Origin: Eledone cirrhosa
Lineage: Eukaryota
DNA length: 64,000 bases
Assembly (NCBI GenBank): GCA_964016885.1
Contig: OZ024740.1
Location: 190,340,001-190,404,000 of the forward strand
Reading direction: 5' to 3'
In this document: in pieces, positions 38,328 to 56,249 of the stretch
How positions within the stretch are numbered: the first letter of the stretch is position 1
Layout: every line of letters begins with the position of its first letter
Made by a program: the position numbers and the translations under genes
Notes under the pieces: generated by a model
Databases searched by the model: none
What the model was told of the DNA's origin: nothing
What the model saw: the letters and a program-made list of their open reading frames with translations, nothing else

Positions 38328-40897
38328 GTGGAAAAAGAAATAGAAACAACATAATTAACAATAACAATAGTAATAGTACACATAAAGCAGCAGCCTGGAA
38401 CTCTACCTTTTATAATCCTTCCGATAAGTCTTTCGAACTGCGACGAGTCCACGCCACGATTTAGCTTTTAACAAACACACGCCATTGCCGTTGCAGGTCG
38501 ATGAACAAACAGAAGCACAATTTAGTATAGTTAGATCTAAACTTAGAACAATTATAGAACAGTATAGTAAGAAGCAAAATAGAATCGAGGTCCAGAAACT
38601 GGGAGAAAGATCTGCAAATGACTCACGTAAGCTCATGCAGCGCTCGTATAATGCATATATTGCATGCTTTCCAACAGACAAGTCTGGCAGAATGTCGGTT
38701 GACAGTCGGTCAAACTCATGCAACCCCACATTACTAACACAAGAGAAGTACCACCACAAGAGCATGAGGATAAGGAAAAAACCCTCAATGCCCATATGAT
38801 GATGTGGACAAACAGAATGCAGCCCAACAAAAGGACTGCCAACAACTTCCAGGCCTGGAACAATGACGTGCCAGTGTTGTATGGGCTTCTAAAAGACCAT
38901 AAAACGAGCAGTGACCCTGTCACAGGACCACCAACACGGCCAGTCTGTGGAGCTAACATTGCTAGTAACTACAGACTTTCCTACTTCCTCTCCCTGATCA
39001 TACGCCCCATCATTGAAATGTCCCCAGGTATATGTGACAGCACGGAGGACCTCCTCAGCAGAATCCATCTATTGACGAGTATTTTGCTGTGGAGATATGC
39101 GTAGAAATGATCAGTGAGAGTAATGTTGGATTCCGTGGGATAGATACCAGTGAGCAGGGACTCCTACTTAAAATTACTTATAGTAATAATTATCTAGACA
39201 CATATGATCTTAGCAACATGTAGCCTACAAGACCAGCAAGAGGCAGACCACCTAACATTACCTCAATGGCTAAGAAAACCCACACAGATAGAAGCAACGG
39301 GTAGACCAGAGCTATGCGGACCCCCGAAAGCCACAATGAACTAAAGAAAATGATTGCACATGCGGTGGGTATAAAATTAACCCTTAAGGAACATATGTTC
39401 AAATTTAATGGAAAAGCATATGCCCAAGAGGAGGGCCAGCCATTGGTGTTAGCTTGCAGGTGACATAGCTAACATATCCATGGTATGGGGGGACAATAGA
39501 CTTAAAATTAAACTTAAAGAACAAATAGAAGACAGCAACGTCTTAACCCTGATAATGTACTCCCGCTACGTTGATGATATAAACAACGTAGTAAATACTC
39601 CCCCACTAGAGAACAGTCAGAAATTAGAGAAAAACACCATGGAAAGCATCCAACAAATAGCTAACTCCATCCACCAGAGCATTAGAGTTACTATAGACAA
39701 CCCAAGCAAACACGCCAACCATCGATTACCTGTACTAGACACAGAGCTCTGGTTAGATACTATCAATAACAAAAAACAGATCCTCCATTCCCATTATGCC
39801 AAACCCATGACTTCCAAATATCTAATCCACCGAAACTCAGCTGTTTCTGACCACACGAAATCAACATACTGATTGCGGATTTGGTACTGGTGATGAGAAA
39901 CGTGGCCCGCATGTGCAACCCCAAAGAACTAGAGAGACACATACAACACTTCATCCACCGTATGCAGTTCTCTGGTTACAATCAGTGAGATAAGATCAGA
40001 GTATATAGTGGAGCCAGAACCAAATGGGGGAAAATGGTAAATAATGATACAAATGGGACCTGCCCCTTGTATAGGAGCAAATTTTGGAATATAATAGAAA
40101 GAACTAGGAATAAGGTTAATAGAATAAACTCATGGTATGATAGCAATAAATACTGGAGTGTAATGTTCATCAATACAACTCCTAGAGGTGAATTAGCTTA
40201 AACATTCAGAAGGGCCCTAGATAAACATAAACTCAATATTAAGATAGTAGAAAGACCAGGTACCTCCATAAAAAAATATTATTAGCAATAAATACCCTTT
40301 TCAAAGACCTCCCTGTATAGATAAGAAATGTATAATCTGTAAACTAAGCTCCCATATTAACTGTATAACTACAAATGTAATATATAGCATAAGATGTACT
40401 AAAGGACAATATAGCGATAAGAATATAGTGTACATAGGTGAGACAGCTCGTAGTATAGGAGAACGGATAAACGAACACTGGCGAGAGCTTCAGGATAGTA
40501 AATACTCATCTGTACTCTACCAACATGCTAAACTATAACATAAGGGTAAATTAGAGAATATAGAAATACAAATAGAATCTACACACAGAAAAGACGCAAT
40601 GTTTAGACAAATCACAGAGGCAATAAACATAAATGAACTCCAACCAAAATTAAATAGAAAGCCTGAATGGAATAGCAACATCAGAACTTACAATTAAAGA
40701 CAAAATGAAAACACACACACACATAGAACAAACAACCAACCAGTAACATGTAAATAAACAAATAAATAAACAAATATGAACACACACAGACACTCGGATG
40801 TAACACAGGCGCAAACTAAGAACACAACACACACAAAAAAACAAGATGGCGTAGGACAGAACAAAGGAGGGGTACAAAAACAAAGAAAAGAATCCCA

Positions 40898-40940
40898 GTC
40901 ACTGAAGAGGTCACATAATGTGTGACGAAAGAACTTTGAC
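40898..40940 (+). ncRNA. Minimal type I hammerhead ribozyme motif in the 3' pLTR
   Basis: gtca CTGAAGA g gtcaca taatg tgtgac GAAA gaac TT tgac. Confidence 0.75.
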
Positions 40941-41082
40941 AATATATGAACAATCGTCTGGTTGTGGAACCAACCAACCGGAAATTTATAAATTCCTAAA
41001 TGTATGAATTTAATTTATAATAAATTGCAGTGAAACACTGGTGCGTGTGTTTCTTATTGGCAACATGACCCTCCCAAAGTAT

Positions 41083-41151
<69 letters not shown>

Positions 41152-41152
41152 T

Positions 41153-43853
41153 AGGAGAAATGATTACAAAGGAGTATATACCGTTAAAACATGTTTATAT
41201 AACAAAGCACCTACGTACGTGTCGGCCAAACATGGCTTCTCACGGGCATAGACAACAACAAAAAAATGATCAGTACGTGACACATGAGATTCCATTTACA
41301 TCAGAGTTCATTCTTCGTTTAAGTACATGTGTTGTCTTTGCCACAGAGCAAGGGGAGTAACTCAGGCCGGTGTGGATAATTGTCCCCACTGCTTTTTTAC
41401 CCGTTCACATGATGGTGTTTTGCGTTATTATTTTGTTGATGCTGCTTTACAAATGCCGGTTCGAGCCGGGTCTGTGATGTATATTTAGTTCAGAGATGTT
41501 TGTTTGCGCTGCCTGCCCACCGGAGTGTTATGGTTTGTTCAGGGGGACCCAGTTTATAGTTGTCATGCCACAGTCGGTTCCCACCCGAAATAAGTCACAT
41601 GTATTCGGTACTTGCAGTTTATGACTGATTCGGCTGTGCTATTTTTGAGTTCAAGGGGTGTTCTTATGATATAGTGAAGCTCCATGAGGCAAAGCTCGCA
41701 CTTCCTCTTAAAATTGTAGGGTGCAGCCCTGCCAATAATATCCCAGTGTGTGGAGAAGCTGATGTCGGCGTCTTTTAATGTAGTGACGTAATTGGCAAGT
41801 GACGTGGAATGACTTACTTTTCTGTTTATGAAGAATGGAGATGTGTTCTAAATCTAGTTTTGAACTGGCCAGAGGTGGCCCCTTTATAGTGTTTAACTCT
41901 ATTAAGATGTTTGTTTGCGCCGCCTGCCCACCGGAGCGTTGGCGGAGAGCCTCGAGGCTCTCCGCCAACAAGGATATCTTCAACTAAGCGGCCTAGTACT
42001 AAAATAACGCCTTACTAAATGCCGGATTTAACCGGAGAATCTCGTAAATCCTTAACGCTGGCTCTAGAAACCAGCCCCATCATAGGACTAATGTAAGCCA
42101 TACCTATATCAGAGTACGCAGCGGCCAAGATAGAGTCAAGAACTATAGTATTGAGAATAACTCTAAGGAATTTGGCCGCACCGTTAATTGCAAAAGTGGC
42201 GGCCATGAAAACCTACAGCACAGTAAGAGTCACCAGATGGGTAACGCTAGTGCTGTAGCATGTAAGAATTATTCCCTAACAATAAGATTAGCAACGGCGG
42301 TGGCCTATTACCAACGCCCGCCAACCGGCGTCTAGCTACACATAAAAGTAACGGAAGGAAAACGCGGCCACCTGAACATAAATAGAAGGGGACGCATAAC
42401 TGGCTACAGCACAGTAAGAACCATAAGTACAGTCAACTAGGAAGCACAACCCGTAGCAATCCCACGGTGAAGTCGAAACGACACCGTAATGTCCTATGAT
42501 TTCACCCCCACCGCTACTCTCGGAGTGTGACCTCCGACCTACCGAGGATATTCTTCGAAGCATTAGAGAAGGACTTCCCACCCATTCATAAATACAGGAA
42601 AATACTTAATAAGAAAAATATTAAAATATCCTTCTCTACCACCCCCAATGTAGCAGGCATCATAGGAGCAACTATTCACAGTAAGATCACCAAAACAAGG
42701 CACCTTAGCACAGGTACATCTAGACCCTAAAGCAACATTAATAGCCTTAATGTCTCCATAACAGCACCCAATAGTGTTGGTGGTAGCCCCAACTGACGAA
42801 ACCGACATAAACAAGGTGAGGAAGGCGAGTATGCTGGTAACCTGCACGGGTCACCAACTGGCAACGGAACGGGCGGTGGAGTGCGGCGATATAATGGTAC
42901 TACTCTGCACGCCTTGAAATATAACAGTACCAATGACCGAGATAGAGGCATATATGGCAACATATGTAGCAATAGTAATAGCTTTACTTAAGGAGCTAGG
43001 AGCGACCGTGACAGAAAATGCAACTCTCGTGACAGGGGAAGCTGCCCTCTCAGGGGAAACTGCCTGACTGATAATGTTATTTATAGGTGCACCATAACTA
43101 GCCATAATAGTATTAAACACTATATAGGGGCCATCTATGGCCAGTTCAAAACTAGATTTAGAACTTATCTCCACTCTTTCAGGAACAAAAAACTAAGACA
43201 CTCCACGTCACTTGCCAATTACGTCACTATATTAAAAGACGCCAACATCAGTTTCTCCACACACTAGGATATAGTCGGCAGGGCTGCACCCTACAATTTC
43301 AAGAGGAAGTGCGAGCTTTCCCTCATGGAGCTTTACTATTTCATAAGAACTCCCCTTGAACTCATAAACAGCAGAGCCGAATCAGTCATAAACTGCAGGC
43401 ACCAAATACAGGTTTTATATTTCGGGTTGGAACCGACTGTGGCATGAACACTATAAACTGGGTCCCCCTGCCAAAACCATAACACTCCGGTGGGCAGGCG
43501 GCGCAAACAAACATCTGTGAACTAAATATGCATCCCAGACCTGGCTCGAACCGGCATTTGTAAAGCAGCACCTACAAAATAATAACGCAAAACACCATCA
43601 TGTGAACGGGTAAAAAAGCAGTGTGGGACAATTATTCAAACACTGGCCGGAGTTACACCCCTTGCTCTGTGGCAAAGACAACACTTGTACTTAAAAGAAG
43701 AATGAACTCTGATGTAAATTTAACCTCCTGGGTCGCGTACTGGTCATTTTTTGTTTTCTCTGTCCTTGAGAAGCTCTTTCGGGGCGAAACGTACGTAGGT
43801 GCATTATTATATAACATGTTTTAACGGTACATAATCTTTTGTATTCATTTCTC
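41153..43853 (+). mobile_element. Penelope-like element (Naiad-like), truncated GIY-YIG end with ~750-bp inverted arms
   Basis: HKYRKILNKKNIKISFSTTPN, CPLRGNCLTDNVIYRC...HYIG and CRH; 41153-41904 is the reverse complement of 43104-43853. Confidence 0.87.
43762..43802 (+). ncRNA. Minimal hammerhead motif, U3-A8 core (decayed mirror copy at ~41207-41250)
   Basis: cc TTGAGAA gctc tttcg gggc GAAA cgtacg TA gg. Confidence 0.62.
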
Positions 43854-43911
43854 TTGTAACCGCTCTGCTTGTATTCTCGCCCGCTAGATATTAACGTTCT
43901 AATATTTAAGG

Positions 43912-43997
43912 CTGTACGGCTTAATTCGGGATGTCTGTTTACAAACACACCGAGCATTATAATAAATGTTCGGTGAATCCATACGTACATGTATATA

Positions 43998-44045
<48 letters not shown>

Positions 44046-44533
44046 CTACTGTATGTATGTATACATATATGTATGTACGTATACATACTTATATATAAGT
44101 AACAGCCGTACTAAAAGTGAGAAATGAAATTTCGTTTCATTTTTTCTGTTTATCGTTTTCGGTACCCAGGCCAATTAACTAACTCAATATGCAAATTAGG
44201 CTGCTCAGCCGTTAATATGCATAAGGAAAGTATATACTTTCAGACGTTCAATCATCTGGCAGGAAAGTATACGTTGCTGACGATAGCTAATAAGCTTGAA
44301 ACTAGTACAGCGTTCCTTTGTCAGTGTTGAACAAATGAGCAACGATGGTTGCTAGACACTGTACGGCTTAATTCGGGATGTTTGTTTACAAACACACCGA
44401 CCATTTAAATAAATGTTCGGTGAATCCATATGTACATGTATATATGTGTGTATGTATGTATATATATATATATATATATACATACTACTGTACGTCTGTA
44501 TACATATATGTATGCACGTATACATACTTATAT

Positions 44534-44535
<2 letters not shown>
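43912..44535 (+). repeat. Partial tandem repeat (43912-44097 / 44359-44535) enclosing a hammerhead motif
   Basis: ctgtacggcttaattcgggatg...catacttat occurs twice, period ~447 bp. Confidence 0.85.
44271..44313 (+). ncRNA. Minimal type I hammerhead ribozyme motif, canonical core
   Basis: acgttg CTGACGA t agct aata agct t GAAA ctag TA cagcgt: 6-bp stem I, palindromic stem III, GUA site. Confidence 0.8.
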
Positions 44536-44624
<89 letters not shown>

Positions 44625-45648
44625 CGAAGGAAATGTGGTAAGGAACCAGGTGGACCATAACGCACCAAAGTACTCAATACTTAGGGTAGTAGTGTGGGTA
44701 ATATGAACCAAATAAATAATATATATATATATATATATATTATTTATTTAGTTAAACTATAATTAGTATTTTACTACTGAGAACTTCAGAATTTTATTTC
44801 CTTTTTACAGCTATCTTTTCTTTAAATTAATACCTATAAGTATACACTTAAACTATTTTAATTTCCTGATATGAATTTAAATTCCTTGTAGTCTATATAC
44901 GTTTGTTATTTCTCACTAATACATTTATCGTCCCCCCACAAAAAAACAATTTTGTTTTCCTTCGTTTTTAACATTCTTTAAAACATCTAACTCTTATTTA
45001 TCACATCTATATGAATTAATATAAAGTTATCCCGATAAATATATCTATGAATTAAATTAATTTAATTTCTTTTTATAGATCTAAATCCATTATGTTTTAA
45101 ATAAGACTGGTATTTCTCACTTAAATATTTATTCTAAAATGTTATTCTCTTTCGATTTTAACATTAGCATTATTCTTTAATAACATCAAATTTTCGTGTA
45201 CCTTTCACCGGCTTCACCTCTTTTCATCCCTAAAGTAGTCTTTTCATTCAAAATATTCTTTCCATTCAAATTTCTACTACGACTATTCTATCAACTTGAC
45301 CACTTTTCTATTGGTCAATTCAAAACCTGTTCCCAAATAGACATATCATATTAAATCTTTGTTGGTTTTTTTCAATAAACAAATATCATTATTTCTGAAG
45401 ACAGCATATATATGTGTAGGTATGTATATTCCCTCAGATAGTTTGTAAAGTTTTTACATAGATCTATATAATACATATACCAACACACACATATATATCC
45501 TAGAAACGATCGTAAAATGATGAATTTTTTAATATAAGGAACTGTTTCTTTGGTTTTATTCATTGTTTTTATTAATTTTATATATATATATATGTATATA
45601 TAAGACAATGCGGTTTTTTTCCAAAATGAAAAATATCGCGAGTGAAAG

Positions 45649-48317
<2,669 letters not shown>

Positions 48318-48323
<6 letters not shown>

Positions 48324-49081
48324 TAAACGGAATAGAAAATGCTGACAAATTGTTCACAGTTGAAAAATGGTTTAATTAGGAATAAAAGAGTATTAGTGAT
48401 TGTATGGGTTAGTATTCAGTTGTGGTTTTAAGTTTTTAAGTTTTTACCGGTTGCGCATTTCTAAATGCTTTTCAAAAATAATTTTGAGATAGAGTGTCCG
48501 TGCTGTTTGCTCTGATCTGATTAGTTTGGAATTCTACCTGTTTTTATGTTAAAAAAGTGGCTCCAATTTGCAAAAATTCTTGTGGTCAAAACAATTTTGA
48601 TTGGTCGGTAGAGGTCATGTGAATGTAAAAAATTGATTTTGCGCCAAGAGTGTTTTTATGTTAAAAAAGTGGCTCCAGCAAAAATTCTTGTGGTCAAAAC
48701 AATTTTGATTGGTCGGTAGAGGTCATGTGAATAAAAAATTGGTTTTGCGCCAAGATTGAGAAATGACTCTTTTACTGAAAAAATCGAATAATGTACACCA
48801 TTTTACCAGGGGGAAAAAAATACTGGTCCACCCACACACACACACACACACGCACACATATATATACACACACACATACACACGCGTACATCAACATACA
48901 AAGAGACTTATATATACACACACACATACACACACGCACTTCTCCGTATAAGACAAAAGCTGAAAAATATCTTTTGACATGCTAAAATGCCCCCCATTGC
49001 TTTCAGACACATTCTTACTGACCATCCCTGCCACCATGAATTACTCTGCTATACACACACACACACACAAACACATACACA

Positions 49082-49133
<52 letters not shown>

Positions 49134-49209
49134 TATCTTAATAGCCATTTGACACACATCGCTGCTAACCATTATCACAACCTCGAACACCTTACTACTA
49201 CTACTACTA

Positions 49210-49271
<62 letters not shown>

Positions 49272-49661
49272 TTGTTGTGAAAGAGTCATTTCTCAATCTT
49301 GGCGCAAAACCAATTTTTTATTCACATGACCTCTACCGACCAATCAAAATTGTTTTGACCACAAGAATTTTTGCAAATTGGAGCCACTTTTTTAACATAA
49401 AAACAGGTAGAATTCCCAAAACTAATCGGATCAGAGCAAACAGCACGGACACTCTATCTCAAAATTATTTTTGAAAAGCATTTAGAAATGCGCAACCGGT
49501 AAAAACTTAAAAACTTAAAACCTCAACTGAATACTAACCCATACAATCACTAATACTCTTTTATTCCTAATTAAACCATTTTTCAACTGTGAACAATTTG
49601 TCAGCATTTTGTATTCCGTTTACCAATATATAATAACTTGTGTGTTACACCTCTATTCTTT

Positions 49662-49665
<4 letters not shown>
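48318..49665 (+). mobile_element. Fold-back PLE-type terminus (arms 48318-48772 / 49279-49630) with a ~110-bp duplication in the left arm
   Basis: Reverse-complement match of the arms; (TA)n on both sides; hammerhead-like motif in each arm. Confidence 0.8.
49468..49504 (+). ncRNA. Hammerhead-like motif with U3-A8 and GCAA for GAAA (also 48442-48478 on - and 57945-57980 on +)
   Basis: ttt TTGAAAA gcattt ag aaatgc GCAA ccgg TA aaa. Confidence 0.5.
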
Positions 49666-49738
<73 letters not shown>

Positions 49739-50829
49739 TTATTAAAATTGATTTCAATATGTTTATATGGCGAATCTCAGAATAATTTACTATTTACTCA
49801 AGTATTTCATTCACCCTTTAATAATGCAGTTATGAAGTTGCTTCATTGTGTAATATGAACTGCAATAATATATTTGTTTTTTCGGGATAATGTTCCACTC
49901 ATCTTCATCTGATATTATCGGGTTTAGATGAATTGTATTTCTCTAAATTTTACCTAAACAATTCATCAGTGGATATTTGCTAAACTACAAGTATTATATC
50001 GTTCAATACTTTCAATACGTATATAGAATTATTACGTAAATATCTGAGTCGATATGAATTGAACATGTACAGGATTGTGTCATTGTGTCCTGGCTGCTAT
50101 GGTCTTTTTCATAGGGGATGTTAGTGGGGAAGAATAAAATTAAGATTTTCTTCCATATTCATGAATATAGTTTTGGATATTCTGATGTAAATTAAAATAG
50201 AAAGATGTAGAGATAAAGAAAGTGCATGTAATATGACACGTAACTGTTTATGCTTAAAGGTGTATTCTCAATTGTTTATCCCATTATTTGAAGATTTCAC
50301 AGCTATATTTAGAGTTTAGATTAAAATAATATAAGTTACATTTAGCTTATGTAACATAATTAAAGTTTCGTTAAACTCAAAATTAGTTAAAGGCCATACG
50401 TCATGATTGTTGGAATTTCAACGTGTCTCTTCGTTCATGTATATCAGTTGATAAAATTGCAATTTAGATCTTAGTCATGAATTTAATTTTGTTATAAACA
50501 AATTTTTCAATTAATAATTTGCGCTGTCGCTTATGATAAACTATTTAGTTGCTGGAATTATATGAAGCCTATTGCGAAATCATTCAAGATTTGGTTATGT
50601 GATGAATATATAAATGAAACTAAGTAATTTAAGGCATATCATTCCAAGATTTACTCCCTAGTATTAATGAAATCATGTTTGGAAGCAAATAATATGCTTT
50701 CAAATTTGTGCTAGTTGTTCTTGTAACAGTTATGCCCCATATATTCAATAGGGCGTTAATACTGAAGAGTTCTTTCAAATGAGACAGTCCTTGTCCTGTA
50801 GACCTCATTGCTATGTAATAAATATGGTT

Positions 50830-52094
<1,265 letters not shown>

Positions 52095-52174
52095 GCATAT
52101 ATCTTCTTTTTGAGTCATTTCTCCGTCGATACGCACAAACACATAAACACACACACACACGAGCACACATACAG

Positions 52175-52211
<37 letters not shown>

Positions 52212-52744
52212 TACACACATACACACACACACTCACGCGCATATATATATATATATATATATACATATATTAAACTTTAAGTTTAAGAAAATAATCGCTG
52301 CTTTCACCCTTAACAGCATTTTCTGAAATATATATGTATGTGTGTGTGTGGGTGTGTGTATGTGTGTGTGTCTATGTATATATATATATATATATATTTG
52401 TATGTGTGTGTGTGTGTATGTGTGTGTGTGTATGTGTGTATGTGTATGAGTGTGTATGTGTGTTGATTTTGCAAGTGCGTGTGTGCATTTGGATTTAGCT
52501 ATAACATTTTATTCTATGGAATTGATAAATAGGATTAATGAGTCGAAGTCTGATAGGTCTTATGATTGCTCCTACAAAACATTTGTATTGTGGTAGTTGA
52601 GCCGACTCCAATAAATCCACACTTTGAAACAGAAATAAACGAAAGCTAGGAGAATCAATATACGTGACTAAACTGATTGCATTAAAAAAATAAATATATG
52701 ATATAAAGAAGGTTACTATATTTTACGATGGATAATATTTCGAA

Positions 52745-53505
52745 AAACATCATATAATTTTTTTCCAATGTAGGAATAAGAACATAACATACATAGGTGA
52801 AACCGCCCTTAGCATAGGAGAAAAGAGATCTGACAACTGGCGAAAACTCCAGGATGGAAAACTCATCAGTATTCTTCTAACATGCCAAAATAGTATATAG
52901 GGGCGCATTAAAAAACATTTAAAAATGATATCCACACATCCACACACAGAAAGGATGCAACGCTCAGACAAATCAAACAAGCGACAAATCTAAATGGTCT
53001 CCAACCAAATTTAAACAGAAAACATGAGTGTATTGACAACACCACAACTAGTAATTAAGGACAACATGAAGGCAAGCAGACACACAACAAAACCAAACTA
53101 ACAAAACAGATCAGAAACACGGATAGAACAAACAACCAAATAGTGACAAATAAATAAACACATACATAAATAGACATACACACACCCGGTTATAAAGCAA
53201 GCGCAAACTAAGCACTCAACAGACAAAAAACATTTTGGTGTAGGACAGAACAAGGGAGAGACGCAAAATAAAAACCTAGTTATTGATGAGGTCACAGAAT
53301 GAATGTGTAACAAAAGAAATTTGACAATATATAAATAACCTTCCGGTTATCGAACCAACCAACTAACCGAATATTTATAATAAATAATTTATAATAAATT
53401 GAGGTGCGTGTGTTTTTATTCGCAGCATGACCCTCCCAAAGTATAACATTATCTGTTTCAGCACACGTTTTCAGATAAAATATCTTGCGAAACAAATTAA
53501 AAAAA
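52745..53505 (+). mobile_element. Diverged PLE 3' fragment related to 40380-41090
   Basis: YIGETA.SIGE motif at ~52790; pLTR text catgaccctcccaaagtataaca; decayed hammerhead at ~53278-53325. Confidence 0.78.
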
Positions 53506-53540
53506 GACATACACACATATATATATTTATACACTTATAC

Positions 53541-53589
<49 letters not shown>

Positions 53590-53590
53590 C

Positions 53591-53738
<148 letters not shown>

Positions 53739-53900
53739 CATGGTACTTGTAGCAGACATCAGCCTGAGCTCACCGAACTATATATTTTATATATATAGTA
53801 ATAACAATACATTTGAAGACTAAAATCCAAAGAGGGCTCGTTAAGGGCGAAAGCAGCGATTCTTTGCTTAAACTTTAATCTGTTATATTAATAAATATTT

Positions 53901-53963
<63 letters not shown>

Positions 53964-55845
53964 CTCAGTGAGGTCAGGCTGATATCTGCTACAAGTACCA
54001 TGTAACACAGTACACGCTGCTATATGGTTGACTGGTTGGCGACTAATACGGCTCTCACCCCAGGCCCTGTCGTTGTAAGGAAATTAAGTAGAAACACACC
54101 AGCACAAAAATGAAAAGCAGTTAAAAGTTTGGATGATCACCATGAGGCCACGTCCATCCACACTATGCTTGCGTTAAATAGTTTCACCAACAATCAATCG
54201 GTTAAGCGTGCTGAATGCAGCTATACACCTAACATGACAAAAAAACAAACAGAAATTGAGGGAGATCAACCAGGGAGGGGATCCTTCAACAGAAGTGAGA
54301 AAGCCACTGATCGCAATGGTTTGGAAGCGAATATATTATCAGGTGACGTGAGTAATGGCAATCAAAACATCACTACATGCTTCTTTTATTTTAGAGTAAA
54401 TGTACTTCTCCGTTATCCAGCATTGACATTGTAAATAGTAGTAGCAGGTGTGAGATTCCCCAGCAATTTGTAGAATGTAGTGAGTACCGCTTATAAGTGT
54501 TTTATCCACATATGTATTACCTTTGTTATGTATATAGTGTTTATTAGTGTTTATTAGTGTTATTAGTGTTTTCCATACCCAAAGCTTTTCATTCTACACT
54601 TGAGAGTCTGAATTATGTTGCAATATTGTCTGATTCAACTAGGGTTTCTTCTTTTTTTTTACCTGTTTATTTAATTTTTAATCTTTTGTTCCTTCTTTCC
54701 GGAACAAACTAAAATCACATTGTATGTATTGTTTTTATGAAATGCTCAAATTGGGTAGAGAGACTAATAGTCTCGTTGTGTTGCATGATCTCTTCCTGTA
54801 TCCTTTTCCAGTTTGATTTGGGGAGGTGTAAGGTAGATAGAATCATCTTGCTTCTTGCCGGGCGAATTTGTACAGTTTTCCTCGTACTATATCATGTTAG
54901 TTCCAATATTTTAAGATCCAAGAAAGTCGTCGGTGTCACTTTTATATTATGGATGAGTACCGTATTATTGTGAAGCAGAGATCCAGGATATACTCACGTC
55001 TTGTTTGGTGTAATACCATTTCTTTTTTGTGCGATCATTTTGTAAAGTACAGCAGGTTTTCTAGTTGTCTTTAAATCGAGTCTGATATGGACACATATTA
55101 CGACTTTATCTCGTATTTCTGTGTCAAACATTGCGTAGGTGTGTTGCAGCAGTTCGACGTGTGTGCTATCTTCACAAATATACAACTCAACTAAATCAGG
55201 TGATGCTTCATGCTTGTCTGTACGAAATTCGATTTAGATGAATACATTTATTTCGACATCGCTTATGCTAGCTGTCAGGTGATTTTCAATTATTTTTCAT
55301 ACATACTGCACGATTGGTTGTGGCTAGGTCTCTTTGTGTGTGCATTTCACTCATGCATGTAATTTTAACAGGATTCTGGCATTTAGCAGATGTTATATTT
55401 GGGGGTTACAACAGTGGCCTCTGTTATGACATTTGGGTGTGAGTCTGTAGTAGACCTCCAGTGTCGTTTATTGGTTGTAGTCTTGAATGTAGTCGTGATT
55501 GAATTTGGATCTGTAATTAATATAGCTAAGACAATTACTTTACAATCTTTTCTGCAATGTCTAGTAAAGAATATTGCTCACATGCTACAGTCGATGCGTT
55601 TCCAAAATAAAAATGTCTGAATATTCTCAAAGATCTACACAACTGTATGTGCGTGAAGATTCAGAATCTTGAAACGTTGTATTAATGATTCAAGAAGCTT
55701 CAATTTATAATAAAATATAAATACATGTCTATATTATGAATGTATATTGATGTGTATACAGGCATGGACATATATAGACACAAACATTCGGATATATATA
55801 TATATATATATATATTTATATGTTCCAAGGCCCTGATACCATCAA

Positions 55846-55892
<47 letters not shown>

Positions 55893-55961
55893 CGTGTGTG
55901 TGTGTGTGTGCGTGTGTGTGTGTGTATGTGCATGTGTGTGTGTGTGTGTGTATGTGTGTGT

Positions 55962-56034
<73 letters not shown>

Positions 56035-56100
56035 CGTGTCCCAAGGCTCTGATACCATCAACACTATAAACACAGAGCTGGCATATATAAGAACTGACTA

Positions 56101-56156
56101 ACTGTCTGATGAGATCATAGCCATTCAATTGTTATCATCGAAATATATATAGCAGT
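56101..56156 (+). ncRNA. Minimal type I hammerhead ribozyme motif, canonical core
   Basis: actgt CTGATGA gatcatagc cattcaatt gttatcatc GAAA tatata TA gcagt. Confidence 0.78.
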
Positions 56157-56201
56157 AAATAAAGGATTATGAGTTCATGCAATTGACTTATGTTTCGTCA
56201 C

Positions 56202-56242
<41 letters not shown>

Positions 56243-56249
<7 letters not shown>

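Larger units (their letters stand above)
35816..41090 (+). mobile_element. Penelope-like element: inverted 3' fragment, direct pLTR, decayed RT + GIY-YIG body and 3' pLTR
   Basis: PTDKSG, LYGLLKDHK, PTRPVCGA, RYVDD, LPVLD, CIDKKCIIC and NVIYSIRC...YIGETARSIGERINEH. 36400-37010 is a direct copy of 40494-41090; 35816-36398 is inverted copies of 3' segments. Confidence 0.88.

Noticed and set aside
54430-55690. Possible highly decayed LINE on the minus strand
   Set aside because: Only vague compositional resemblance; no diagnostic endonuclease or RT motif could be read.
56044-56058. TGGTATCAGAGC on the minus strand, identical to a plant tRNA-iMet primer-binding site
   Set aside because: No adjacent LTR ending in CA and no gag/pol sequence; the second copy at 55825 deviates; likely chance.
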